The notes beneath the pieces are model-generated. The model worked only from the letters and a program-made list of their open reading frames with translations. It was not told where the DNA came from and did no database searches. 64,000 bases of DNA from Chloroflexota bacterium (GTDB lineage: Bacteria > Chloroflexota > Dehalococcoidia > Lucifugimonadales > UBA3495): positions 1-64,000 of the forward strand of contig JAQBVF010000014.1 in NCBI GenBank assembly GCA_027623675.1, in the 5' to 3' direction. The position numbers were made by a program, and so were the translations under genes. Within the stretch, counting starts at the first letter, position 1, and each line of letters starts with the position of its first letter. Below are positions 9,273 through 18,711 of this stretch, piece after piece.

Positions 9273-9301
9273 ATATTAGGCTGGTATCTTAATAATGTCA
9301 A
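9273..9301 (-). promoter_or_regulatory. sigma70-type promoter for the small ORF
   Basis: Minus strand TTGACA-17 bp-TAATAT, flanked by the inverted repeat CTAACTAAA (9265-9273) / TTTAGTTAG (9312-9320). Confidence 0.7.
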
Positions 9302-9439
9302 GGGCCTTATTTTTAGTTAGGGTAGACGCTTCCGTTCCAAAGCATTAAACTAAAACCTAGCCAAGTAGATCACGGCTGAACGGGCCAGGCGCTATCAGGC
9401 GAAACCGTTTGGGAAGCAACCATAACGGCGAGGAAAGTC

Positions 9440-9766
9440 ATGGACTGCCAGAAACCATGTCCAAGGTACGAACAGGCGATGAAAGTCCTGGGCAAGAAAT
9501 GGACCTGCTTGATACTGCGCTGCCTGCTGGCTGAACCCAGGCGGTTCACCGAGATATCCGGTTACATCGACGGACTTAGCGACCGCCTGCTCTCCCAGCG
9601 CCTCCAGGAACTGGAAGAAGAGGGCATCGTTAAGCGCCGGGTATTCGCCCGCCGCCCGGTGGTGGTAGAGTATTCTCTCTCCCCCAAGGGCCAGGCGTTC
9701 CGGGTCGTGGCCGAAGCGATCCAACAATGGGCCGACGAGTGGTCTGAACAGCCTGCTTCCGTCTGA
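9440..9766 (+). CDS. HxlR-family winged-helix transcriptional regulator
   Basis: CP..AMKVLGKKW, RRFTEI, LSQRLQELE, VEYSLSPKG; RBS GAGGA. Confidence 0.92.
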   Translation: MDCQKPCPRYEQAMKVLGKKWTCLILRCLLAEPRRFTEISGYIDGLSDRLLSQRLQELEEEGIVKRRVFARRPVVVEYSLSPKGQAFRVVAEAIQQWADEWSEQPASV

Positions 9767-9859
9767 TTCGTCTGATTATCCGGTCTCGTCAGCCCGCTTC
9801 CGGACGATGGCGCTCCAGCCTGAATCGCCGATCACATCAATACCATCAGGGAGGCGCTG

Positions 9860-11245
9860 ATGCAGCGCTCCAAGATCAAGGATATCTTCAACCGTGACCA
9901 AGCCGGCGGCGACGTTCTGGTCCAGGGTTGGGTCAAAACCCGCCGGACGTCCAAATCCGTCACCTTCATCCAGATCACCGACGGCTCGACCCTGCAAGAC
10001 CTGCAGATAGTGGTCGACGAGGACAACCCCGGCCACGAACAAGCCACCGGACTTACGACCGGATGCAGCGTCAGCGTGGAAGGCCTGCTGGTCGATTCGC
10101 CGGGCAAGGGCCAGAGATACGAGCTTCAAGCCCGGACCCTGGAGGTCTTGGGCGGCTCGGACCCCGAGACCTATCCCCTCCAGAAGAAGCGCCACTCGCC
10201 CGAATTTCTGCGTGAGATTGCCCATCTGCGTCCCCGCACCAACACCTTCGGCGCGATGGCCCGGGTGCGAAATTCGGTGGCCTACGCCATTCACACTTTC
10301 TTCCAACAGCGCGGGTTCCTGTTCATCCAAACGCCCATCATCACCGCCAGCGACGCCGAGGGCGCGGGTTCCATGTTCCGCGTAACCACTCTCGACCTGA
10401 ACGACCTGCCAAAGGACGGCCCAACGGTAAAGGATGAGGAAGACTTCTTCGGCAAGCCCACCTTCCTGACCGTGAGCGGCCAGTTGGAAGCCGAGATCTT
10501 CGCCACCGCATTGTCCGACGTCTACACCTTTGGCCCCACCTTTAGGGCCGAGAACTCCAACACCTCGCGCCATCTGGCCGAATTCTGGATGGTCGAGCCC
10601 GAAGTGGCCTTCTGCCAGTTGGATGGGCTGGCCGAGCTTGCTGAGGACTTCTTGAAACACCTGTGCGGTCACGTGCTGAACAACTGCCAGGAGGACATGG
10701 CCTTCTTCAACAAGTGGCACGACGACTCGACCATCGCCACGCTGGAGGGCATCGCCAATTCAAATTTCGAGCGCATCACCTACACCGAAGCGGTAGACCT
10801 GTTGCTGCAGTCGGGCGAGAGCTTCGAATACCCCGTGGCTTGGGGCACCGACCTCCAGTCCGAGCACGAACGCTATCTCACCGAGAAGAAGATCCAGAAG
10901 CCGGTGATCGTAACCGACTACCCCAAGGACATCAAAGCCTTTTACATGCGGATGAACGACGACGGCGAGACGGTGCGGGCCATGGACGTGCTGGTGCCCC
11001 GCATCGGCGAGATAATCGGCGGCAGTCAACGCGAGGAACGCCGGGACGTGCTGGAAAGCCGCATGAGCGAGTCGGGTATATCGCACGAGGAATACGCCTG
11101 GTACTTGGACCTGAGAAGCTACGGCACGGTGCCCCACGCCGGGTTCGGCCTTGGGTTTGAGCGTACGGTGCAATTCATGACGGGCGTGGCCAACATCAGG
11201 GACGTCATACCGTTCCCCAGAACGCCCAAGAACGCGGGGTTCTAG
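9860..11245 (+). CDS. asnS: Asparagine--tRNA ligase
   Basis: [51 protein letters not shown]. Confidence 0.97.
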   Translation: MQRSKIKDIFNRDQAGGDVLVQGWVKTRRTSKSVTFIQITDGSTLQDLQIVVDEDNPGHEQATGLTTGCSVSVEGLLVDSPGKGQRYELQARTLEVLGGSDPETYPLQKKRHSPEFLREIAHLRPRTNTFGAMARVRNSVAYAIHTFFQQRGFLFIQTPIITASDAEGAGSMFRVTTLDLNDLPKDGPTVKDEEDFFGKPTFLTVSGQLEAEIFATALSDVYTFGPTFRAENSNTSRHLAEFWMVEPEVAFCQLDGLAELAEDFLKHLCGHVLNNCQEDMAFFNKWHDDSTIATLEGIANSNFERITYTEAVDLLLQSGESFEYPVAWGTDLQSEHERYLTEKKIQKPVIVTDYPKDIKAFYMRMNDDGETVRAMDVLVPRIGEIIGGSQREERRDVLESRMSESGISHEEYAWYLDLRSYGTVPHAGFGLGFERTVQFMTGVANIRDVIPFPRTPKNAGF

Positions 11246-11291
11246 GCTGACAGCTTCCGCACCTGGGAACCGACCAATCTCCGCCGCCGAC

Positions 11292-12788
11292 ATGGACGCC
11301 GCATTCGGCCCTGGCAGTCCCGTATTCCACCAGGTCACCGGGCAACTGGGCGATATCTACTTCCAGGCAGCGCACATCCCCCCGGTGGCCGCCCGGCTGC
11401 GGGAATGGAAGCGGCTGCAACGGGAAGGCAAAAGCCGGGAGCCGGAGCATTTCGTCCAGCAGACCTACGTGGCGCTGCTGGCCCGGCTCATTGCCCGCCG
11501 CTTCCTCTCACCTAGAAGGCCCATCAACGAAGCCGAAGAACTTCTGGAGATCGCCAGCGGCGACTATTTCCTGCGGCGAGGCGTCGGCAATTTTGGCGAG
11601 GGCGACCTATTCTCCTGGACCGTACTAGAAGGCCGCTGGGAATCGGGCCTGGAACAGCCGATGCTGGCCGCCATCCAAAGCCTGTCCGGCGCGCTGGCCC
11701 CCCTCGACTTCACCCACGCCACCCCCGGAATCCTAGACACACTCCTCCACCGGGCGGTGTTAGAACAGCCTCTGGCGCCAGGGTGGTTGGCCGAGTACAT
11801 CGTGGAGGAGGAGCTTGGGTTGGCCGGCGATCCAGACCGGTCGTTTCTGGACGCCGATTGCGGCACCGGAACGTTTCTCTGCGCCGCCATCGGTGCCGTA
11901 GCAAGGGCGATGGAAGAACGGGGAAGCCACCCTCTCGACCTGTTGTTTGAAGCGCCAGGCCGGCTCCGGGGAATGGGACGCGACCCGTTGGCGGTGGCTC
12001 TGGCCCGGCTCAATTACCTGCTGGCTCTGGGCGGGTTGCTCCAGCAGGACCACCCGCCGGTGTTGATACCGGTCTATCTGGCCGATGCGGCACAAGACCC
12101 GCCGGATTGGTCGTTCCTACCGGACGACGCGGGTGTATACCTGTCAACAGCCGGAGGGGAGTTCCCCCTGCCGTTCCCAATGATCGACAATCCATTGATG
12201 CTGGACTGGCTATTGGGAAGGCTGACCCAGTATATGGACGGCGCTCAGTTGCGCCTGCATGTCCAGTCTGAGGCCGAGGCGGTGCAAGAGGTGTTGAACG
12301 CCTATTACAACTACCTGACCGCCCCCAAACTGCGCACCCCGGTTCCCGAAGCCCTGACGCCAAGCCAAGCCTACACGCTGCTTGAAACCGCCCAGAGCCT
12401 GGTCAGGCTGCACGTCCAGGGGGAGGGCACCCATTGGCTGCATCTGGTCCAGAACCACGCCGCCCCTGCGATCTTCGCCCGTGACAAACCGGACCTGATG
12501 GTGGGGGTTGGCTCGACCGTAAGCAGCGGCATCTGGACACAGAATTACTTGTCGCCCCAGGGCCGGTCCGCGGTCCTGATGCCCCGGCCGGACGCCGAGT
12601 CCGGTTCCAGCGGGCGGCGGTTCGTGGACTTAGAGGCGGTCCTGCCCGGCGCCGCGTTGCTGGTAAGCGGCCCGGAGCAGCGGGCTAGCGTCCAGTTCAC
12701 CGGCGGCCCTATTCCGCCCGGCAGTTCGTGGGCTGAGGCCAGGTCCGGAGTGCGAATCACCGGCGGCCCTCCGCCTGCCCCACCGTGA
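11292..12788 (+). CDS. Hypothetical protein homologous to N6-adenine DNA methyltransferases (type IIG-like), with degenerate catalytic motifs
   Basis: QQTYVALLARLIA, DLFSW, PGWLAEYIV, motif I FLDADCGTGTFL, PLAVALARLNYLL, IPVYLAD; no NPPY/W motif. Confidence 0.7.
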   Translation: MDAAFGPGSPVFHQVTGQLGDIYFQAAHIPPVAARLREWKRLQREGKSREPEHFVQQTYVALLARLIARRFLSPRRPINEAEELLEIASGDYFLRRGVGNFGEGDLFSWTVLEGRWESGLEQPMLAAIQSLSGALAPLDFTHATPGILDTLLHRAVLEQPLAPGWLAEYIVEEELGLAGDPDRSFLDADCGTGTFLCAAIGAVARAMEERGSHPLDLLFEAPGRLRGMGRDPLAVALARLNYLLALGGLLQQDHPPVLIPVYLADAAQDPPDWSFLPDDAGVYLSTAGGEFPLPFPMIDNPLMLDWLLGRLTQYMDGAQLRLHVQSEAEAVQEVLNAYYNYLTAPKLRTPVPEALTPSQAYTLLETAQSLVRLHVQGEGTHWLHLVQNHAAPAIFARDKPDLMVGVGSTVSSGIWTQNYLSPQGRSAVLMPRPDAESGSSGRRFVDLEAVLPGAALLVSGPEQRASVQFTGGPIPPGSSWAEARSGVRITGGPPPAPP

Positions 12789-12793
12789 TTCAT

Positions 12794-12823
12794 TTGACTC
12801 GATTTCCCGCTGGCGAATATAAT
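12794..12823 (+). promoter_or_regulatory. sigma70-type promoter for the TPP-decarboxylase genes
   Basis: TTGACT-18 bp-TATAAT. Confidence 0.65.
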
Positions 12824-12942
12824 GGGTCGTCGTCTCATCGTGACTGCGCGAGGAGCCATATGAGGAGCCGGACCGGGAGACAAGCAGGCTGGAATGATCC
12901 GGTCGGCCATCTCTGCAACGGACCCAAAGTTAAGGAGCCAAA

Positions 12943-13449
12943 ATGACTACTCAAGAGGTCATACTGCACCCCGCGTCGGTGGTGGCAGAACTCAAGAAGA
13001 ACAAGATCAGCCACGTTGTCTGGCTGCCAGACAGCGAGACCAACTTCATGTACCAATTGCTAACCAATGAGCCGGACCTGGACCTGGTCCCGGTCTGCCG
13101 TGAGGGCGAGACCATGGCCATCGCCGCCGGGCTCTGGGTGGGCGGCAAGCGGCCCATCGTCTTGATTCAGAACACGGGCATCTTCGAGGCCGGTGACTCC
13201 ATCCGTGGCCTGGGCTTGGACGTGAACCAACCCCTGGTGATGCTGGTTGGCTACCGGGGCTGGAGCCGGCACGGTCTGACCACCGACTCGGCCGCCCGGT
13301 TCATCGAGCACATTCTCCATGCCTGGGGCATCTCTTACTACCTGATCGAGACCGACGACGACGCCGGCCGCATCAGCCTGGCCATCGAGGAAGCCGAGCG
13401 CACAGCCAAACCCGTGGCGGTCTTGGTGGGCACCGAGTTCGGTTCCTAA
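12943..13449 (+). CDS. TPP-dependent decarboxylase alpha subunit (sulfopyruvate/phosphonopyruvate decarboxylase ComD-like)
   Basis: LPDS, VCREGE, AAGLWVGGK, IQNTG, VGYRG; RBS AAGGAG. Confidence 0.85.
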   Translation: MTTQEVILHPASVVAELKKNKISHVVWLPDSETNFMYQLLTNEPDLDLVPVCREGETMAIAAGLWVGGKRPIVLIQNTGIFEAGDSIRGLGLDVNQPLVMLVGYRGWSRHGLTTDSAARFIEHILHAWGISYYLIETDDDAGRISLAIEEAERTAKPVAVLVGTEFGS

Positions 13450-13516
13450 GCCCGATCAACCACATTCCGAACGGGCTTTCGGCCCAATCTTCAGCCCATC
13501 TTATGGAGACAACTAA

Positions 13517-14107
13517 ATGATTGACAACGCAGACGCAGTCAGGCTGCTGGACAGCAAGCGGAACGGAGCGGTGTTCGTGGCCACCATGAACGCCAACAAC
13601 GTGGGCTTTGGACTGCCCAGCCTAACCACCAACGAGAGTCTGGACTTTCCCATCTCTGGCGCCATGAGCAAGGCATCCAACGTGGCCCTCGGCCTGGCTC
13701 TGGCCCAACCTGACCGCAAGGTGCTGTGCCTGGACGGCGACGGCAGCCTGCTGATGAACCTGGGCGCGCTGGTGACAATCAGCAACAAGAAGCCCAAAAA
13801 CCTGGTCCACGTGCTGTTCAACAATAAGGTCTACGCCGTCACCGGTGGGCAGCCCATCCCAGGCAGCGAGGATGTGGACTGGGAGGGCATGGCCAGGTCG
13901 GCCGGTTACGCCAAGGTGTTCCACTTCGACAACCTGGAGGATATGACCAACGGCATCGATGAGGCCCTAACCTGCGAGGGTCCGGTCTTCGTCCACCTGA
14001 TGGTCGAGCCTCAGATCGAGAACACCCCCGTGCAGTTCCGCGAGCGCGCCAAGCGTACGGTGCACACGGCCATCAAAGAACTTCCCGGCGTTCTGGGTGT
14101 GAAATAA
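13517..14107 (+). CDS. TPP-dependent decarboxylase beta subunit (ComE-like)
   Basis: GAMSKA, GLALAQP, DGDGSLLMNLG, NNKVYAVTGGQ. Confidence 0.88.
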   Translation: MIDNADAVRLLDSKRNGAVFVATMNANNVGFGLPSLTTNESLDFPISGAMSKASNVALGLALAQPDRKVLCLDGDGSLLMNLGALVTISNKKPKNLVHVLFNNKVYAVTGGQPIPGSEDVDWEGMARSAGYAKVFHFDNLEDMTNGIDEALTCEGPVFVHLMVEPQIENTPVQFRERAKRTVHTAIKELPGVLGVK

Positions 14108-14251
14108 CCCAGACGGCCGGCATCACTAGCGCAGTTTACCGGGGCGGCGTAAACACGCCTGCCCCGGTTTATTTTTGCAGTGCCTGGGCCGGGACCGGTT
14201 TGAAAGCATCCCCCATATCACCACCGGATAGTAAGGACGGCGAAGCGTATC

Positions 14252-14515
14252 ATGGGTAGAGGAATGTTCGAACGGTTCGCCGCCTACGGAGTTCTGGTCC
14301 TGGGATTCTGGCTCTTGTTTCAGGGCTTCGAGCGCTCGGTCCCGTTCGTGGGCATCATTGGGGGCGCGCTGGTCATCGCCGGAATGTACCTGATGACTGG
14401 CGTTTGGCGTAAGATGTTCAACCGGTTCGGCGGCAGCGGTCCCATCTACCGCAGAAAGGTCAAACCCGGTGAAGAAAGGCCGGACGACAGCAACGACGGA
14501 GACGAATCCGCGTGA
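14252..14515 (+). CDS. Small membrane protein (two predicted TM helices)
   Basis: Two hydrophobic stretches and a charged tail; co-oriented with neighbours. Confidence 0.6.
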   Translation: MGRGMFERFAAYGVLVLGFWLLFQGFERSVPFVGIIGGALVIAGMYLMTGVWRKMFNRFGGSGPIYRRKVKPGEERPDDSNDGDESA

Positions 14516-14517
14516 CA

Positions 14518-14625
14518 AGTAGAAATCCGACACGGCCTGGCGGCCCTGTCATTCCTTCGATAAAAAGTGAATCTCTTGAGTAGTGGAAATCCGACACTAC
14601 CCGGCGGCCCTGTCATTCCTTCGAT
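14518..14625 (+). repeat. Imperfect direct repeat of about 44 bp, period 64 bp, duplicating the 5' end of the next gene
   Basis: AGTAGAAATCCGACACGGCCTGGCGGCCCTGTCATTCCTTCGAT (14518-14561) vs AGTGGAAATCCGACACTACCCGGCGGCCCTGTCATTCCTTCGAT (14582-14625). Confidence 0.9.
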
Positions 14626-15196
14626 GGAAGCGACCAAAGCGGTCAACTTCCACCGGAAGGACGCGCTGGTGGTTTCCACGTCATCGGCCCTTCGCGAATG
14701 GAGTCAGGTGTCGGAGCGCCGCGACCTGGACGTTGACCTGTCCGACTGCATGGACCGCGCACCAGCGGTGGGTCTTGGACTGGCGCTGGCCCAGCCGGAT
14801 GAGAAGATCTTGGTGCTGGACTGCGACTCCACGCTGCGGACCAACCTGGGCGGCCTGGCGACAATCGGCGAATCCAACCCGGCGAACCTGGTCCATTTCG
14901 TCTTCGACGATGTGTCCGCCGTGTCCACTTCAGGCGTGCCAATCAGAGAGACGGACCGCTTAGACCTGGTGCAGATGGCCAAGAGCTCGGGCTACGCCAA
15001 GACCTACGAGTTCGACAAGTTGGAAGAATTTCTTATCGGCCTGGAAGATATCATGCGCCAGACCGGGCCGGTATTCGTCCGGGTGAAAGTGTTTCGTGAC
15101 GGTGTCCAGTTGCCGTTCCCCGAGCGCACCATGGCCCAAGGCTGGGCTGAAGTACGGAGCAAGTTGGCGCCGGCAGAGGAAGAAGTGGGAGAGTAA
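14567..15196 (+). CDS. Second ComE-like TPP-enzyme beta-subunit paralogue with an altered TPP motif
   Basis: GLGLALAQPD, DCDSTLRTNLG in place of DGDGSLLMNLG, NLVHFVFDD, GPVFVRVKV. Confidence 0.8.
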   Translation: MNLLSSGNPTLPGGPVIPSMEATKAVNFHRKDALVVSTSSALREWSQVSERRDLDVDLSDCMDRAPAVGLGLALAQPDEKILVLDCDSTLRTNLGGLATIGESNPANLVHFVFDDVSAVSTSGVPIRETDRLDLVQMAKSSGYAKTYEFDKLEEFLIGLEDIMRQTGPVFVRVKVFRDGVQLPFPERTMAQGWAEVRSKLAPAEEEVGE

Positions 15197-15199
15197 CGG

Positions 15200-15958
15200 T
15201 TATTCGGCGGGGTCGGTGTCGTTCGGCCGGACCACGATCTGCCGGGCCACGTTATAGCCGATGGAAACCTTGTCGTGCTGCGTGGCGACTTCCACGACGC
15301 CCAGGTAAGGCGTGGCCTCCGCAACCGTCACCGGATGCTCGGGTATGATCATGGAATCGGACAGGAAACGCAGCAACTGGGCATCTTCTTCCGGCACCCG
15401 GTCGACGATGTAGGTCTCCCCGGTTTGCGCCGCGTCCAGGGTCAGTGCGTTGGCCGGCATCTTGGGTTCGCCAGTGCCGGGGATGGGACGGCCAAAGGGC
15501 GAACGCTTGGGGTAGCCCAGGCGCTCCACCAGTTTTTCCTGAAAGTCCTGGGACATGCCGTGTTCCAGCCGGTGGGCCTCATTATGGGCTTGATACAGTT
15601 CCATCCCCAGCAGTTTCACCACCAGCCATTCCGCCAGACGGTGCCTCCGGGCGATGTCCTCACCGCCTTCCAAGCCCTGTTTGGTCAACCGAATGTGTTT
15701 GTCCGGACCGATGTCGACAAGGTTTTGCCGCTGCATGCGCCGAATCATACCGGCCACCGACGGGACCGACGTGCCCAGTCCCTCGGTCTCAGGCAGTTGG
15801 CGCAGGGTATCGGTCAGTTGGGTGATGGTCGGAGACTCATCGTCCTCCCACAATTTGTAGAGGCAAAGCAGATAATTCTCGGTGCCGGGAGATAGGCGCA
15901 GGTCACCTTCGCTAGAATCGCCGTGACCGTGCCCGCTAGATTTTCTTGGTGGCGCCAT
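15200..15958 (-). CDS. DtxR/IdeR/MntR-family metal-dependent repressor with C-terminal FeoA/SH3-like domain
   Basis: TENYL, SVPSV, RRHRLAE, HNEAHRLEH, SPFGRPIPG. Confidence 0.92.
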   Translation of the reverse strand: MAPPRKSSGHGHGDSSEGDLRLSPGTENYLLCLYKLWEDDESPTITQLTDTLRQLPETEGLGTSVPSVAGMIRRMQRQNLVDIGPDKHIRLTKQGLEGGEDIARRHRLAEWLVVKLLGMELYQAHNEAHRLEHGMSQDFQEKLVERLGYPKRSPFGRPIPGTGEPKMPANALTLDAAQTGETYIVDRVPEEDAQLLRFLSDSMIIPEHPVTVAEATPYLGVVEVATQHDKVSIGYNVARQIVVRPNDTDPAE

Positions 15959-16064
15959 CAGGGTCCTTGTATCGCCCACCGTGCCTTCAGAGAATCGCTC
16001 CCCTGGATTCACGGTTGATGTTTGGAACGGTGCCTAAGCTGCAAAGGATGTTGCGCCGTCTTGA

Positions 16065-17234
16065 TCAGTGACGGTGGACGTTTCCGACCTCAGTTGTGTC
16101 ATGGGATACGGCTACCAAGCGGTCTCCCATGAAGGGCCGCAGGTGATGGCCCTCGCGCAGGCTGACAGATACGCTGGCGCCCAGCTCGAACTCGGCGGTG
16201 TGTGACAGCAGACACCGGACCATGGCGCCTGAGGGAAGCTGGACCCGGTAAAGATAGAAGGCCCCACGGAACTCTCGGTCTATCACCACGCCCGTGCCGT
16301 CGGCGGCGGGTCGGCAATCCAGGCAGTCGGGGCGGACCATCACTTCCAAGGGGCTGTTCCCGTCGGAATTCACTCCGGCCAGGGCCTCGGCCTGCAATTC
16401 CGGCCATTCACCCGGCCATTCGATGGAACCGACCTCGGTGTTTAGCCTGCCGGAATCGTGGTTGGCGGGCAGAAAATCCACCATGCCGATGAATTGGGCC
16501 ACGAATTTGGTAACCGGATGGTGAAATATCTCTTCGGGAGAGCCGGTCTGTTCGACGCGGCCATCGTTCATCACGGCCACGACATCGCCGACGAACAGAG
16601 CCTCTTCCTGGTCATGGGTCACGAAGATGGCCGTCGTTTGGCTCGCCTTGAGTATGCCGATAACGTCCCGCCGGACCTGTTCTCTCAGCTTGGGGTCCAG
16701 GTTGGAGAATGGCTCGTCCAACAGCAAAACTTCCGGTTGGGGGGCCAACGCCCGGCCGAGAGCGACCCTCTGCTGTTGGCCTCCCGACATCTCATGGGGC
16801 ATCCGGCGCCGTTGCGGTTGCAGGCCGATCAGTTCAAGGACCTCGGTGACTCGTTCGTCACGTCCCGGACCCTTGGGCAGACCGTAGGCGATGTTCTGTT
16901 CCACGGTTAGATGAGGGAACAATGCGCCTTCTTGGAAAACCATGCCGACCCGGCGGCGTTCGGGAGGGGTATTCTCGCCGGGGCCGCTGACCGTGCGGCC
17001 GCCGATGTTGATGACACCTTCATCGGGGCTTTCAAAACCGGAGATCAGCCGGAGAGCGGTGGTCTTGCCGCAGCCACTGGGACCCAGCAAAGCCAACACC
17101 TGGCCACGGGGTACGGTCAGGTCCAGACCGGCGACCGCGGGAACCCCGCCGAACTGTTTGGCCAGGCCGACACACTCCAAAGCTGGAGCGTCCATCAGCC
17201 CAATCTCAGGTTGTTTTAGGTCCGGTTGTTTCAT
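16065..17234 (-). CDS. Fe(III) ABC transporter ATP-binding protein (FbpC/PotA family)
   Basis: GPSGCGKT, GMVFQEGALFPHL, MSGGQQQR, DEPFSNLD, THDQEEA, TOBE-like tail. Confidence 0.9.
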   Translation of the reverse strand: MKQPDLKQPEIGLMDAPALECVGLAKQFGGVPAVAGLDLTVPRGQVLALLGPSGCGKTTALRLISGFESPDEGVINIGGRTVSGPGENTPPERRRVGMVFQEGALFPHLTVEQNIAYGLPKGPGRDERVTEVLELIGLQPQRRRMPHEMSGGQQQRVALGRALAPQPEVLLLDEPFSNLDPKLREQVRRDVIGILKASQTTAIFVTHDQEEALFVGDVVAVMNDGRVEQTGSPEEIFHHPVTKFVAQFIGMVDFLPANHDSGRLNTEVGSIEWPGEWPELQAEALAGVNSDGNSPLEVMVRPDCLDCRPAADGTGVVIDREFRGAFYLYRVQLPSGAMVRCLLSHTAEFELGASVSVSLREGHHLRPFMGDRLVAVSHDTTEVGNVHRH

Positions 17235-17315
17235 CTGCTCGATAAACCCGGGGGTCCCAAAGTTCGATGCACTCGCCTGTACGGGCGTAAAAAAGCATCT
17301 GTTTAAGTTCAAATA

Positions 17316-17344
17316 AGTGTATGCGTTGTATTCTAACATGTCAA
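17316..17344 (-). promoter_or_regulatory. sigma70-type promoter for the ATPase (and possibly dtxR)
   Basis: Minus strand TTGACA-17 bp-TACACT. Confidence 0.65.
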
Positions 17345-17670
17345 TGTATTGCGAAGAGTTTTCGATAGGCGATATGTGCGCAACCGGCATGCTTTTACAG
17401 GGAAGAAATATCTGCAGCACAGGCTGAGTTGGCAGGCGGGCGGGCGCAGGTTAACGAGTAAAGCCCTAGCTCCCCCTGTTCGGTCCGGTGTTTGCGCTGC
17501 CTCCAAGGACATTTCACCCATGGAAAAGACCGCGATTCGTGGTTGGAAAATCTAGATTCTCATACACTGTGCTAATTTATCGTGCATACTTCATTGGACA
17601 ATTAATAGACACATTGTTTATCATACTGCCCAGACGAATATCGATCACAGCGAGGTTACGCTGCGTCAAC

Positions 17671-18711
17671 ATGGGTACGAAGATTAACAGGCCTACCGGC
17701 GTCTTGGGATTGCTTGCGATCATGCTGGCAGTATTACTTGCTGCCTGCGGCGGCTCCGGAGGTTCAGCCGGCCCCGGCGACGATCCCGGGTCGCTCACCG
17801 TGTATTCGGGCCGCAGCGATACTCTGGTTGGTCCATTGTTGCAGGGGTTCGAGGACGCCACCGGGATCGATGTCTCGGTAAAATACGCCGGGACGCCCCA
17901 GTTGGCCGCCACCATCTTGGAAGAGGGCGGTAACACGCCGGCCGACGTATTCTTCGCCCAGGACCCCGGCGGACTGAGCGCCGTGTCTGACCTGATGACA
18001 CCCCTGCCAGACAGCGTGCTATCGAAGGTTCCCCAATGGGCGTCATCGCCCAGCGGGGATTGGGCCGGGGTTTCGGGCCGGGCGAGAACCGTGGTCTACA
18101 ATACGGACCGGCTTACGCCCAGTGACCTGCCCGCCGATCTAACCGGGTTCACCAATCCCAAGTGGAAGGGCCGAATCGGGTGGGCGCCGGCCAACGCATC
18201 GTTTCAAACCATGGTTACCGCCATGCGCGTCATGTGGGGCGAGGATGAGACCCTACGTTGGCTGGAGGGCATCCAGGCCAACGAGCCCAAGGTTTATCCC
18301 AAGAACACTCCGATCGTAGCTGCCGCCGCGGCGGGAGAGATTGACGTGGGACTGGTCAACCACTATTATCTGCACCGGTTCCTGGCTGAACAGGGTGAGT
18401 CCTTCGCCGCGCGCAACTACCATCCAACAGCGGGAGGACCGGGCGCCATCGTGATGGTCTCGGGAGTCGGGATTCTGTCGGCGTCGAATAACCGAGCGAA
18501 CGCCAACCGGTTCGTGGAGTTCCTATTGTCCGAGTCGTCACAACAGTATTTCGTGGACGAGACATTCGAGTACCCGCTGGCCGCCGGCATCCCGGTGGCG
18601 CATGGGGTTACCCCGCTATTTGAAGTCAACACCCCAGACCTCTCGTCGGCGGACCTGGCCGATCTTGAAGGCACCCAAAAGCTGCTCCGGTCGGCAGGCG
18701 TCATTCCTTGA
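17671..18711 (+). CDS. Fe(III) ABC transporter substrate-binding lipoprotein (FbpA/FutA family)
   Basis: Lipobox LLAAC, LTVYSGR, PADVFFAQD, SGRART, iron-binding NHYY, EYP. Confidence 0.92.
   Translation: MGTKINRPTGVLGLLAIMLAVLLAACGGSGGSAGPGDDPGSLTVYSGRSDTLVGPLLQGFEDATGIDVSVKYAGTPQLAATILEEGGNTPADVFFAQDPGGLSAVSDLMTPLPDSVLSKVPQWASSPSGDWAGVSGRARTVVYNTDRLTPSDLPADLTGFTNPKWKGRIGWAPANASFQTMVTAMRVMWGEDETLRWLEGIQANEPKVYPKNTPIVAAAAAGEIDVGLVNHYYLHRFLAEQGESFAARNYHPTAGGPGAIVMVSGVGILSASNNRANANRFVEFLLSESSQQYFVDETFEYPLAAGIPVAHGVTPLFEVNTPDLSSADLADLEGTQKLLRSAGVIP

Noticed and set aside
7069..11245. gatC-gatA without gatB, next to asnS
   Set aside because: A separate gatB is common, and GatCAB coexisting with AsnRS is explained by Gln-tRNA formation
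12830..12942. TPP riboswitch upstream of TPP-dependent enzymes
   Set aside because: Lacks the CTGAGA and CCTGA...AATNC...GNAGG consensus
17235..17670. Classical DtxR/IdeR box
   Set aside because: No TTAGGTTAGCCTAACCTAA-like palindrome is visible; the AGTGTATG/CATACACT match may just reflect -10-like elements
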